From Diplonema japonicum (Eukaryota > Protista > Euglenozoa: Diplonemea): a stretch of 64,000 bases of DNA. Made by a program: the position numbers and the translations under genes. Below, piece by piece: positions 46,973 through 60,087 of the stretch. The notes beneath the pieces are model-generated. The model worked only from the letters and a program-made list of their open reading frames with translations, had not been told where the DNA came from and searched no databases. Where the stretch lies: assembly GCA_964019335.1 (NCBI GenBank), contig OZ025747.1, forward strand, positions 1 through 64,000, in the 5' to 3' direction. Within the stretch, counting starts at the first letter, position 1; each line of letters starts with the position of its first letter.

Positions 46973-47952
46973 TAAAATAAATGTCCTCCCCCCCCCCCCC
47001 CCCTCCCTTTTGTTTGTTCTAAGAGGTCTCTGCAGGAGACTACAGGGAAGTTGGTGCAAGAGAGAGAGGAAATTTCTTTTTAAAAGAAACCGAAGAGGCA
47101 GGAAAAAAGAAAGAAAGAAGGGGAGGGGGAATGAAAAAATAATGTTTATAGAGTCAGGATTGGTGAGCCTCTCTCTTCTTGTCTTCCGCTTGCACTCTAT
47201 TACTTTTTTTACCCGTTTTTTTCCCCCCCTTCTTTCCAGAATAAATTCTTCTTCGGTCGGTTTCTTTTTAGAATTGGATATTCCTCTTTTTTCCTCTTTT
47301 TCCTCCTAACTTTTTTTTTATTGTGGGTAACCAAAACAAAATAAAATAAAATCTTTTTTTTTTCCAGGGAACCGCCAGGCATACTTAACAGTGGCAGGCG
47401 ATTTTCTACAGAAAAAAAAATATAAAAAAAAATATACAAAGTGAAGAAAGGTGGGAGCGAAATAAATAAAAAACAAAGAGAAGAAGACTAGCTTCTTCTT
47501 GAGTTCTCTTTAGTTTTCTTTTTTTTTTCCTCCCCCCTCCCATCTTTTTCCATTTACGTTTATGCCTCCTTGTGTTACTTCCCTCCTGCTAGTTCCGGCC
47601 TGCATTCTGACAAAAGAAGCAGATTCGAGGGAAGGGGAAAGAAAAAAAAAAGAAAGGCGAGGAAAGGAGAGAAATTTTTTACTTCTGAGTTACATTGCGC
47701 CCTCCTTTCTCCCTTTCCTTTTCTTCCCCCCCCCCCCCCTTCACCCTCATTGTACTTCCCTCAGCCCCCCTCTTTTTTTTTGTAGATTTTGACTTAGCTC
47801 TATGGCTGCTTTGTTTTAATTTATGGAAAAAAATAAAAACAAAACAAAAACAAAAACAAAAATAACCCCCTTTTTTTTTCTATCGAGACAAACCATAATA
47901 TTTTTTTTTCTCCCTTCTGGGTTGCCTGTATGGTGCAATGCCTTGGGAGGGG

Positions 47953-47988
<36 letters not shown>

Positions 47989-48158
47989 TTCTTTCCCTTT
48001 TCCTCTTGTCCCCCCTTCATTGGGCCCTTTCACAAGCCACTCACGTACTTATTTCTTTTACTTTATCTTTGAAAAAAAAAAAAGAAAAAAGAAAGGGAAA
48101 AAAAAAAAAAAAAAAAAAAAAAACACACACACAGCTAAACCTTTTTTTTTTTTTTAAA

Positions 48159-48800
48159 CCCTTATCAGCCCAGGGGGGGTTGAATTGATTTTTGGATTTT
48201 CCCGATTTTGGTCCCTTGTTGGCATGGGTCGGACATGCTGAAGACTTGAGGTTATGTTTTGGTTCGAGGTACCAAACTCTTCGCCCACAGGTAAGGTAGA
48301 TAGGTGCACATCTCGTCTGTCCGACCAAGCAAGGTAGACCAGGCCAGCGTTGTTCTGATACGTCACGCTACCTGCTTCCATGGCACTTACATTGGGCAGA
48401 CCCCGCCTATTTTTGCAAATCGCTCCACAGCAGTGTATCCCCACGCCCTTCAACTCATGGAAGAGCTGAACACCGCTATACATACTCCTTGTCAGAAATA
48501 GAGATTCACCAGACTCCGCCAGATAGGGGTGCCTCGTCACCGGCAAACAGGTCTAAAAAGCCTAAATGAGGCTGGGGGCTGTCCCCAATACGTTCGTTGT
48601 GTGCTGGCTTGTTGATTTTGATAAGGGCCTGCGAGTGACTCAAAAAGAAATTCATAGGGAAAAAGTCAAGAGAAAATCAGGAAAATACCCATATTTTGGG
48701 TGTCACCCAGTGTCTCGGTACCCCGTTCTAGGTTGAAGCTATGAAGTTTCAGATGGATACAAATAGCGCATTTAACGCAGATTTTCCAAATCTTTCCATT

Positions 48801-48833
<33 letters not shown>

Positions 48834-48905
48834 CATGGAAACCGGTCCAAGACTCAGGTTTGGATGGACACAGGGAACAACACCCCCCATTAAGGCGGAT
48901 AAGGG
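48159..48905 (-). mobile_element. Internally deleted piggyBac-type DNA transposon
   Basis: TIRs CCCTTATCAGCC (48159-48170) and GGCGGATAAGGG (48894-48905), flanked by TTAA(A) and TTAA. Internal minus-strand transposase relic LFHELKGVGIHCCGAICKNRRGLP..WSDRRDVHLST. Confidence 0.85.
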
Positions 48906-50573
48906 TTAAACGAGGAAAGAAAAAAAAAGAATGAAAGAACCCACAGCATCACTCCTGGGAGAGCTTGTAGGAATGAACAAGACACCGCACCTTCCAGTTC
49001 CCCGCCACCACCACCACCAATGACTCTCCACATTTTTTTTTTTTTTTTTTTTGAATATTATTTTCCCTCTGAGAAGTTCCACTCCTCTTCTCGGTGAGTT
49101 TGCCCCATTGTCCCTTTTTTTTTTTATTCCCCTTCTAGTAAGGGGAATAGTTATCAAAAACACAATAAAAGTTGTTGCCGAATCCCTTTTTTTTTTTTTT
49201 TTGAATCCTTCAGAAAAAAAAAAAAAAAAACATTAGAGTAAAAAAAAGGGGGGGGGGAGAGGTATGAGATCACTCTGGGTCCACAAGTAGGTGCACCGGA
49301 GGCTCCTGGTGGCTTGTGTCAAAAAAAAGTGGTTTTAAACTTGTATGCATCATTGGGGCACAACATTCTTAATTGAGTATTTCCCCTTTTTATCCCCCCC
49401 CCAAAAAAAAAGTTCGCAGGGAGAGTGTTCCAAAAAAATTTTCTTTTGATATTCCCACCCCTTATTTGTGTCCTCCATTATGGCGAAACTTTTTTTTTTT
49501 CCCTTCATTTTTTTTTTTTTTTTGTGAAACGCGACATGTTCCCTTTTCACACGCCTACTTTTGCACGGGAAAAAAAAAAAAAGAGGGGAGCAAGATTTTA
49601 AAGGTAAAACTGACCGTAAAAAAAAAAAAAATGGGGGGGGAAGGGGAGGATGCTATTATGAGGGGATTTAAAAAAAAAAAAAAAAAGAAGAAACCAGAGT
49701 TGTATTGGAAAACAATCGCGTTTTATTAATTTTTTACGGGGAGGGTTTTTTTTTTTTTTTTTTTCTTCCCCAACCCTTTTTTTTTTCTTTTTTATTTATT
49801 AGAATGCAACGATTTGGTTTTTTCTTTTTTTTTTGTTTCCTCTTTTTCCCACCCTTCTTCCAAATATCCCCTCTTTTTTCTTAAACTGCATAGTAGGTGA
49901 ACAAAAAAAAACTCCCCCCCCACGCACACACTCTCAGTACGGCAAAGCAATGAATACACACAGACCTATAAGTCAGGAGAAAGGATGGAAAAAAAAAAAT
50001 TAGATGTATCATACATAAAAAAGATTTATTGGGGGGGGTTTTTTTTTGCCTGCTTTTTTTTTTCCACTGCCCTTTTTTTTGTCTCACTCTTGGGTAGTTT
50101 TTTCCTTTTTTTTTCCCCCCCTCTCCCCCTTCCTCTTCTCTCCTTCTCCATTTATCTATTATTATTATTATTTTTTTTTTTTCGTTTTAACACTTTTTTT
50201 TTTGTCGGCCGTGAACGAAGTAAGTTTTTTTTTGATGAAAGTAAATAGTACCCGGGGGGGGGGGGGGGGTTAACAGATTAACACAGAAAACTAATTTCCT
50301 TTTTGAAAAAAAGGAACCTACAGCCTATGAGGTTGGGGTCTGCAGTATTTGAGGATGGGTGGCAAATGTAACTCTTGAAAATCCAATCAATTTAGGAGCT
50401 CCTCCTCCCCTCCCCTCTTCATCGTGTGTTCAGCTATAACCTCTGGATGCCACGGACGTTAAAAAAGAATGAAACTAAAATTGGTTTTTCTATATTTGCT
50501 AGAACGGGGGGGGGAACCAAGTCTGTCACCAAAAAAAAAAGGGTGGAAAAAAAAAAAGAAAGAAAAAAAGAAA

Positions 50574-50604
<31 letters not shown>

Positions 50605-52470
50605 CACCTGGGTGCAGAGAAAGAAGAATGCATCATGCCCACCCCATTCCTGCTCTCTCTCTCTCTCTCTCACCTTCCCATTCTTTTTTGTTTTTTTTTA
50701 AAGAAAAAAACAAAAGAAGGAGGAAGTTGCGGCAGAAACCATCATTTTGCCAGTGGAAAAAAAAAAAAAAAGGTAGAGAAATAAAAAATAAAATAAGACA
50801 GGAGGAATAAAAGGGGAAGGGTAAGGACAGGGAGTCCATGGGTGGCAAGAAAAAAAAAAGGAAAAAAAAAAAAACCATCCCCCTTTTTTTATTGGTATGA
50901 ACGAAAAAAAAAAAGAAAAAAAAAAGGAAAGTAATTCACCTTTTCTCTTATCTTTTATTCAGTTATTTTTTTTCTTCATATCCTGTAAACCAAGAAAACC
51001 GAAATTTCTCCCTAAGCAGGGCCCAGTAGGGATGCATAGTAGGGCACCCCGTGTGGAATTTCTTCTTGGTTTGTGCAGCATTTTATTTTTCTTTTAATTG
51101 TTTGCGATAACTGGTGTATTGGCTTTTATTATTTGTCTTTTCAAGTATGTTATTATCTTCTTCTTTTTTATTGTTTGTCTCTTGTTTCAATGGTGAAATG
51201 AATAAGACGAGTGATGTTTAAAGGGGGGGGGGGGAACCCCTCTCCCTTTTTTTTTTCTCTAACAGAAAACCTCTCCCCAGACATACTTTGTACACTATCA
51301 CCTTTTTTTTAAAAAAAAGAAATTCATGCCTATGATGTTGGTGGGGGGGGGGGGGGGGGGACGGGGAAAGAAAACGAAAAAAAAAAAACGAAATTAAATA
51401 AACTCGGAGGGCAGCCTTCGATGGCTAACGCCTCAGTTTGCAAAATAAAGTGCAATTGTGGGTTGTGCTAAACACCCCATGTTTTTTTTTTTTTTTTTTT
51501 TTTTTTTCCCGGATGCATTACTGTTTTTTTTCTTCTTTTTTTTTTCTTTTTTTTCAGCGTTAATCACATTTGACCAGTACTAGGAATATGATGGCAGTCC
51601 AGTTAACAAAAAGTGAGACATAGAAAAACAGAATGTAAAACACAGAAAAAAAAAAAATAAAAAAACGAGAAGATATTTTATGCACTTTCAAGGGATCATC
51701 AAAGTTCATTTCCGAAATCTTTTTTTGAAATTTTTTTTAAAAAAAAATTGTTGTTGTTGTTTCTTCTTTTTTTTTTATCCACTCCGCAAATTTTTTTCTT
51801 TGGCTTGTCCGGGTTTCTTTTTTAACGGAAAAAAGAATAAAGAAAACATTTAAAAAAAAACGAAAACGAAAAAAAAAAAAAAAAAAAACGAAAGTCTGTT
51901 TATTCCTTTATTTAATTTTTAACCTTTTCATCTGTAAAATCCAAAGGAAGGGAAGAAAAAAATGTGCAATGAGGGGTGCCATATTTACAAAAAAAAAAAA
52001 AAAAAAAAAAAAAACGGCCCTTTTCTGAGAAAAGGTTTCCGGTCATGGTCCTTCATCCCTCTTTGTTTTCTTTTACCCCCCCTATTTTTTCTTTTTTTCT
52101 TCTCTTTTCTTTTTTCAAAACCCCCCCTATAAGAAAGAAGAAGGGGGTAATAAAGTTTTTTTTTCAAAAAAAAAAGACCTAATTTTATTTCGTTCTTCAT
52201 CATTATTTCTTCACTCCTATGAGGGCTCAAAAGTATCTACTTTTTTTTTTTTAAAAAAAAACCTATGATTCTGACCCAAGACGAAAACGGACGGAAGCAC
52301 TTGAGGAGTGAGTTGATGAGAAAATAAAGTTAAAAAAAAAAAACTACATATGTTGCCCGAAGAGCCATTTACCCTGGTACACAAATGAGTCCTAAATACC
52401 TCTAGTGGCACGGGTCACACGAAGCTTGGAAGGGCGATAAAGCTATTTATCTTCTCTACTATGATTATGC

Positions 52471-52486
<16 letters not shown>

Positions 52487-52565
<79 letters not shown>
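52487..52565 (+). repeat. (CA)n microsatellite
   Basis: Perfect dinucleotide run following a poly-C tract. Confidence 0.95.
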
Positions 52566-52567
<2 letters not shown>

Positions 52568-53620
52568 TTTTTTTTCCCCCCCTCGCCACACTCTGCCTTC
52601 ACAACGAGCGTCGCTTCCCCCCCACACACACCAATGACACAGCAAATAACTTTGTTTGTGTCTCCCCCCCCCCCCCCCAGGCACACATGTGGTGGAATTT
52701 TTTTTTTTTGGAATTTTGTTTGCCCCAAGGCAAAACACACACTGCGGTTTGATTTACAACAAAAAAAAAGTGCTTTGGGGCAAAGATGAGAGACCATATC
52801 TGTCGTTTTTTTTTGGTGAGCCTTACCCCCCCCCCTTTTTTCATTTTTCGCTATCAGTTTGCAGGTTTCCCCCCCTCTTTTTTTTGCATCAGCTCCCCTT
52901 GTTTTTTTTTTTTTTTTTTTTTTTATATCTAGGGTTCAAATAAATGGGGTAGAATCGAAATGTTGGCAGGAGCCAGCATCTTTTTCTTCTATTTTCTTTT
53001 TTCCCTTCCTCTGTTTTTTGTTCTTTATCCTCTCTTCTTGTTTTTTTTTCTGGGCTGAGCAGCCTCTGTTTCAAAACCGGGCATCCAGCCTAAAGAGAGA
53101 GTGCATAAAAGGAGGGGTGTCTCAAAAATTTTACGGAAAACAAAAAAAGAGCGAAGACGTGAACGGCAGTTGTTCAATATCGCAAAGAAAAAAGAAAGAA
53201 AAAAGGGGGGGGGGGGAGGATGGTAGGGAGGACCTTTACATTAGGATGCTCAAAGGATGTTGAGCCAGCGACAACACACGTTACAAAATGATCTTTTTTT
53301 TTTTTTTTAAATCTTACGCGGCAAGGCAAAATTTGACTATTCCTGGGTTTCCCTCTTCTTTTTTTTTTCTCTTCTGCTCATTTATTTTTAATTCTTTTTT
53401 ACAAGAAGAAAAAATGCGAGATCGTCTAAAATCTTTTGTTTTTTTTTCCTCGATTTTTTTTTTATTTTATATTTCCTATTGGTCCTACTTGCGCAAAACT
53501 TATAGCCAGGTTCTTTTTTTTTTTTCTTCTTTGACCAGTTGCCTATTACTCGCTCCATTTTTCCCCCCTTCTTTTTTGTACTAAAAAACTATTCATTAGT
53601 TAGTGCAGTTTGCATTGTCT

Positions 53621-53663
<43 letters not shown>

Positions 53664-54294
53664 GCCTGTGTGCACAATTGCTATGAATAGTTGCCTTTTT
53701 TGTTTTCCCTTTTCACTTTGCGAGGTTTTTGGGAAGGATTTTTTTTTTTTTGATTTGTAAGCCGTTTTGGCTGACGCGTCTTTCAAAAAAAAAAAAAAAA
53801 AAAAAGAGAGAGAGAAGGAGCATGGGAGAAGACAGGAGGAAAAGAAAAAAAAAAGGTAAATAATTTTTCCCTTCTTATTTTACCCCTCCCTTCTCTCCCC
53901 ACCCCCCTCCTCTGCTTGTTGCTGTTCCCCCCCCCTCTTTTTTTAAATGTTTTCTTTTTTTTCGTCTTCTTCCCCCTCGTCTTTTCTTCCCCCCACCCAT
54001 CCCCTGAGAAGAAAATGGGGAATAAAGAGAAATAAAGAATGAGCTTTTACCCCCCCCCCCTCTCTACCTTCCGGTTTATCTAGGACCGGAAAAGAAGGGT
54101 AGAGAACAAGGTAGCGATTTGAGAAGTAAAAACGACTATGTCCAACCCATACTCCCCCTTTTTTTTCCCTATCCCCTGCCCCCGCCCCCCCCTTTTGCCC
54201 TTTTTATTCTTTTTCACATCTTGTTTTTTCCTCTATTTTCTCTAAGCCCACCACAGTTTCAAAAACCTCATTTTCTAAAAGAAAAAAAAAAAAA

Positions 54295-55509
54295 ATGGCC
54301 CTTTTCAAGAGCATCGAGGTAGGGGCGATGAGCCTGAAGCACAGGATTGCGATGCCGCCTCTGACGCGTCTGCGGGCGGTGAAGGAGACGCTTGCCCCTG
54401 GGCCGAGCATGGTGGAGTACTACTCGCAGCGGGCGTCCGAGGGAGGCCTCTTGATCACTGAGGCGACATGCGTTTCCGTGGAGGGGGTGGGGATCCCGTG
54501 CACACCGGGGATCTGGACAACGGAGCAGGCGGCCGGGTGGAAGAAGGTGACGGACGCAGTGCACGCCAAGGGGGGCAAGATCTTCGTGCAGCTGTGGCAC
54601 ATGGGACGCGTGAGCCACGAGTCGTACAAGGAGCACCCGCTGCTCGCGTCGCGAACGGGCGTCATGGCACCGTCTGCGGTGGGGTGGGAAGGCGGGGAGG
54701 TGCACACGACCAGCGGGATGCAGCCTGCACCGGTACCTCGCGCCCTGACAACAGAGGAGGTGAAGGAGCTGGTGGGGACATACGCAAAGTCGGCGAAGCT
54801 TGCAGTGTCTGAGGCAGGCTTCGACGGGGTGGAGATCCACTCGGCACACGGCTACCTGCTGGACCAGTTCCTGTGCTCGGCAACGAACAAGCGCACCGAC
54901 GAGTACGGCGGCTCTGTCGAGAACCGTGTGCGCCTTCTGCTGGAGGTGGTGGAGGCTGTGAGCGAGGCGGTGGGGTCCCAGAGGGTGGCGGTGCGCCTGT
55001 CGCCGACGACCGCGGACTCGATGACCTACCACGGGGCAGTGGACGAGGACCCTGTGGGGACCTACAGCACAGCGGTGGAGGGGCTGAACCGCTTCAACAT
55101 GGCGTACCTCCTCCTGTCGGAGCCGCGTTGGGACTTCGGGAAGTACGACGACAACATCGAGAAGGACCCTGGGTTCCAGACACCGCTTGTCAACGGTGAT
55201 GTCTACCGCAAGATCTACAAGGGAGTCCTCATGGGGGCGGGGGGCTTCACCCCGAAGACTGCGGTGGAGGCCTTGGAGGAAGGGACCTACGACATGATAG
55301 CCTTCGGGCGCTGGTTCATCGCGAACCCCGACCTTCCCGAGAAGATCCGCACGGGTGCTCCCCTCAACAGGTACAACCGTGACACCTTCTACGCCCACAC
55401 CGAAGTTGGCTACACCGACTACCCCACCCTGGAGCAGCGCAAGAACGGCACCACCAACGGCTACAACACCATCGAGCAGGGTGCTGTCGGGGCCACTCTC
55501 AAGAAGTAA
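54295..55509 (+). CDS. Old Yellow Enzyme / alkene reductase (NemA/OPR-like)
   Basis: MPPLTRLR, QLWHMGR, GFDGVEIHSAHGYLLDQF, NKRTDEYGGS, FIANPDL, TFY..GYTDYP. Confidence 0.95.
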   Translation: MALFKSIEVGAMSLKHRIAMPPLTRLRAVKETLAPGPSMVEYYSQRASEGGLLITEATCVSVEGVGIPCTPGIWTTEQAAGWKKVTDAVHAKGGKIFVQLWHMGRVSHESYKEHPLLASRTGVMAPSAVGWEGGEVHTTSGMQPAPVPRALTTEEVKELVGTYAKSAKLAVSEAGFDGVEIHSAHGYLLDQFLCSATNKRTDEYGGSVENRVRLLLEVVEAVSEAVGSQRVAVRLSPTTADSMTYHGAVDEDPVGTYSTAVEGLNRFNMAYLLLSEPRWDFGKYDDNIEKDPGFQTPLVNGDVYRKIYKGVLMGAGGFTPKTAVEALEEGTYDMIAFGRWFIANPDLPEKIRTGAPLNRYNRDTFYAHTEVGYTDYPTLEQRKNGTTNGYNTIEQGAVGATLKK

Positions 55510-55621
55510 ATGAACGGATGGAAAAAAAAAAAAAAAAAAAAAAAAAGGAATGAGCGATGTTGATTCGCTTTCTTTTTTCTTCCCTTTTTTTTACTTGCTA
55601 TTTTGATACATTCTTACATCC

Positions 55622-55658
<37 letters not shown>

Positions 55659-56188
55659 ATTTCTATAATTTGGCAATTGTAAAGAACTGGGTGGGGAAAA
55701 AGAAGATGGGAAGAAAAAAAAAAGAGAAGAGTGGAGTTCTCCCCTTCCTATATCACAAAGAACAAGGAAAGGCTGTCTATAAGGGGGGCTGTTTAAGGTC
55801 TCCAAAAAGGCAGCACTCTTTTTCTTTTTCCACTTTCTTTCTTTTTTTAAGGGATATTTACCCTTAAGAACATCGCCTTCCCCCCCCCCCCCCCCTTTTG
55901 TCTTTAACGCATCAAAAAAAACTTCAAATGTTTCCCATCTAACTTATTGAAATTTTGCTTTTCTTCCCCCCCCCTCCCTGCAAAAATTTCAATGAATGCT
56001 ACTCGAATACACTGCAACGTATTCCTCCCCGTTTTGTTTCATTCTTCCCGTTCTTTCGTTCCAAAAAAAAATTTTTTTTCTTTCGTAACCTTGTGGGTAC
56101 AAATTTATTTATTTTTTATTTTATTACCACCCCCCCCCTTTTTTTTCTTTTACACCGCGAAGGGACAATACACTAAAAAAAAAAAAAA

Positions 56189-57304
56189 ATGTTCACAGCA
56201 TCTCGTAAAGTCCTGAACTCTTTAACTGACGTGGTGTGCTCCAAAGTTATGACCCGGCACAAAAAGGTTAAAAAGGACGCCCCTTTCGGACTGATCGAGA
56301 AGGTGAAGACCGAGATCATCAGAGACATCAGAAAACTAATAGAGCAAGGCGGCACCCCGGGAACGAAAACCTTTCAAACGAGCCTCTGGGTTATGGAGAA
56401 CGGCGGTTTATCCGTCAATTCGGACATAATGAAGGAGTACGACAAGATAACCCCATGTGACATAGCTATCTACACAAAGTACTTGGAAATCTGCAAAAAC
56501 ACACGATCGGGCCCGACCGCCGTGAAAACACTGAAAACAATGCATGGGAAGGGGCTTATTCTGACATCAAACACACTTATTACAATTTTCGACTCTTGCC
56601 GGTACTCCGATATTTTGGTCAAGGATATCTTAACACATCTGGACGTTACAGGAAACCGACACCTTTTAACCAGCTACGTCTTTGTCTCGGTGTTGATCGC
56701 TTGCAAAACATTTCGCTACGCCTTTGATCTGGCTCAGAAAAACAAGAGCATCATTGGGACAAGAAGCCTTCTAGCGTTAATGAGCAGGGCCCTGTCGTCC
56801 ACAGAAAATACCACTCAACACGCCGAAGGAGTTGAAAAATTACGAGCAGATTTAAACATTCACTTCGAAAAAGACCGGAACGTCAAAACCAGCACGCGGT
56901 ACTTCAACACATATATCACTATTTACAAGAACGCTGGTTTGTACGACACGGTTTTCCGGGTTTTCAGCGAGCGTGCTGGATGTTTCAACCCCGACACTGT
57001 AACGTATAATTTGCTTCTTGTTTCAAAAGTCAAGCTTTCTGACATTCATCATGACACTTATTTTCGCGAAGCTGAGGAGTTTTTTGCCGCGATCCCCAAG
57101 AATCTTGTCACGGTGCCGTCCTTCACAGCGATGATGTCGCTCTACGCCAAGTACCCCAAGCAGTGTACACGGGCAGCCGTCAGCTTACTTGAAAAATTTA
57201 AAACCACCACTGGGCGGGACATCCCCCCCAGCCCGCTGCTCAGGGAATACGAGGCTGCGATGGGTTTGAAAATATCGGCACTTCTATCGAGGCCGCGACG
57301 GTAA
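56189..57304 (+). CDS. Divergent pentatricopeptide-repeat (PPR)-like protein
   Basis: IYTKYLEIC, YFNTYITIY, PDTVTYNLLL, SFTAMMSLYAK. Confidence 0.6.
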   Translation: MFTASRKVLNSLTDVVCSKVMTRHKKVKKDAPFGLIEKVKTEIIRDIRKLIEQGGTPGTKTFQTSLWVMENGGLSVNSDIMKEYDKITPCDIAIYTKYLEICKNTRSGPTAVKTLKTMHGKGLILTSNTLITIFDSCRYSDILVKDILTHLDVTGNRHLLTSYVFVSVLIACKTFRYAFDLAQKNKSIIGTRSLLALMSRALSSTENTTQHAEGVEKLRADLNIHFEKDRNVKTSTRYFNTYITIYKNAGLYDTVFRVFSERAGCFNPDTVTYNLLLVSKVKLSDIHHDTYFREAEEFFAAIPKNLVTVPSFTAMMSLYAKYPKQCTRAAVSLLEKFKTTTGRDIPPSPLLREYEAAMGLKISALLSRPRR

Positions 57305-57393
57305 AAAGGTTATTCTTTTTTTTTTTTTTTCTTAGATCCATTTCTCATTACAAATTTATTCCCCTTACTTCGCGGCTTCTCTTTTTTTTTTTT

Positions 57394-59941
57394 TCTGCTG
57401 CTGAAAGAGGTGATCGGTAAGAAAGCGGACAAGGGGGCATGCGGCGTGGACGGCTGGCGGATTGGTGAGTTGAAGCGCCTGCCGGCTCCGATCCTACAAG
57501 CGTTTGCGGACCTCTTCAACTTGATAGAGGAGACGGGCGAATGGCCGATGCAGGTCACGACGGCACTCGTATCCCTCATCCCAAAGGGGGAAGGAACGGC
57601 ACCTCTGGATCACCGACCGATCACAGTGACCAGTACCATTTACCGGCTGTGGGCAAGTGCACGACTGGTGCAGGTACTGAAATGGCAGGAGAGGTGGATC
57701 ACACCACGACAACATGGTTTCAGGCCTAAACACAGCACGACCTCGGCGCTGATTGACTTATGCACGAAGCTAGAACTGGCACTGGTGGAGGACGAGCCGC
57801 TAGAAGGACTTGCATTGGACTTCAGGAAGTGCTTCGACCTGGTCCCGCAACAATTGTCGCACGAACTGATGCTGGCCCTGGGACTAGACCCAGCAATCGC
57901 ACGAGCACTCCAAGGAATGTACGGGCAAATCTCGAGGAGATTCAAGTTCCCCATAGGAATAGGGGCCACCTTTAAAGCAACGAATGGGATACTCCAGGGG
58001 TGCCCGCTGTCGGTGATCATTATAAACGCCTTACTGGCGGTGATGATCAGGACAATCGAGAAGGAAGCACCTGGAACGGAGGTTCTGTCCTATGCAGATG
58101 ACACGTACCTTCTGGCAGAGTTGGAGAAGACCTTGCAGGCTGCGGTAAACGGAACTTTGGAGTTCTGCGGACTCACTGGGATGAAGCTTAACCCGGAGAA
58201 AACGGTAGCGTTTGGCACGAAGAAGGGCTTCCGGTCAAAAGTGCTGGGTGATAGGACAGTAACACAGAAAGGGAGAGAGGTCGCAGTCCCCTATAGAACA
58301 GTGACGTCGTTCAAGGCACTGGGCGTGATGGTGTTCACGAACAGGACAGGAACGACGTGGAACGAGCCAGCGACGGAAGCGGCCAACAAGCTAGACCGGC
58401 TGGGAGGGACAAGCCTGTCCTTCGAAACAAAAGGATACCTGATTGGAACATCGGTCTTGCCGTCGTGCCTCTACAGCAGCCCGTTCTCCCCTCCGAGTGA
58501 TGAGGCGCTGAAGAAGCTAACAACGAGAGTGACCTGCAACCTATGGGGGCCTCACTTCCGAGGACGATCGCCTGCAGCGGTGAATACGGTTTTGCTGAAA
58601 GGACACATCAATGACCCGTTGTCCTACGTCATCTGTCACTCGCTAAAAGTGATATCGAGCGCGCTGGAAAGGACAGGTCTTGGACAGAGAGTGCGACAAA
58701 TAGTGCAGAGGTACGGCTCACAGAGGACCCCCCTGGGACCGGTGGGGAATCTGATATGCAGGTGGATGCCGAGAATCGGATGGGACTGGGAGAAGATGGA
58801 AATAGCCACAGAACTTGAGTGGCCCAAGCGAGGAAGCGCCTTCAGGGCGGCTGTAAGGGCAGCCAGGAGTGCGACACTAGCAACGGAACGGAAGACGGTC
58901 AGCGGACTCGGGGAAGGAGCAGATCCCAAAACGAATGACCTCTGGAGGACAGCTAAAGATCGCCATCTAGCTTTCTGTATCAAGAGGGTAATTGCGGGAG
59001 GGATCCCCTACCTAAGTCCGTATGCCAGAGCAGGACCAAAGTGTGTACCCCCCACGAAGGAGGACGACGAGTCCGAGGGACGGAGCGAAGAAGAGGAAGA
59101 TCAAGACGAGCCAGCGGCGCATGAAGGACAAGACGAGTCGGGATTTGAATGTGACCTCTGCCCGACCAAGCATGCGGACACAGTAACACTGCTACGCCAC
59201 CAGCTGTACGAGTGCCCGCCAGCACGAGAGGAGCTGATACGGGAGGAGATGGAACCACTGCGCGACAGGACGGGATGGCCGCTCTGCCTCGAGCTGCATG
59301 CCATCCTACCAAGGGGGAACGGGTTCGAACACCTGGAGAAGCTGCAGCGATACCTGGCAATGGTGGTGGAAAAGCGGGACGAAGGGCTGATGCAGGCAGA
59401 AGGCGGCAACAAGAAGCTACCATGGGAGCGGGAAGTGACAGGCAAAGTGACCCCGGTACCGACGACAGCACAGCTGGGGACAGTGGTGGGACTGCTGGAG
59501 CAATTCGGGGAACCACTACTGGAATGGATGGGAAAGCTGCGATGGGTGGAGGGCGACACCGACTCGGAGGTTTCGGCAGCTGAACTTGCACTCGACTTTG
59601 AGGAGACAACCGGAAAGTCACTGGGAGTCTACAACATGCAGAGGAAGGCACGCAGAATCAAGCTGTTGGTGGAGAGAGCCAACGCAGTGTGCAGAACGAG
59701 ACGGATAAGACGCCCCTTCCCTGCGGACGGGGCAAAGAGGGTCAAGTCGCTCACAGCGATCGGAGGCAAGGCTGCAATAGGCTTTAACAGGAGACCGATC
59801 TTCGCATCAAGACAGACAGCGCAAAAGCTACAGGAGTTGAAAGGGACATACAAGAAAGAACGCGTGTCGAGACTACGAAAAGCTTTAAAGGCGACAATAG
59901 GAACGAAGGCTATGCTCCAGAAGGGGAGCATTAATAGATAG
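57394..59941 (+). mobile_element. 5'-truncated non-LTR retrotransposon (RT plus zinc knuckle), a family distinct from the element at 857-4608
   Basis: ACGVDGW, LIPK, RPIT, QHGFR, DFRKCFD, GILQGCPLS, YADD, CDLC..H..C. The frame is open for 843 aa and starts right after a T-run; the 3' boundary is uncertain. Confidence 0.9.
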
Positions 59942-60087
59942 GAACTCACACCACAAGAGGCTGTCCTCGAGTGGGATTGTCTTTTACTATGAGTTTTTTT
60001 TTATTTCTAGACATTAACTTGGATACACTTATGTTCAAAGAAAAAAGAGAATATTAAAAAAGAAAATTTTGTACAATATTATAAAAA

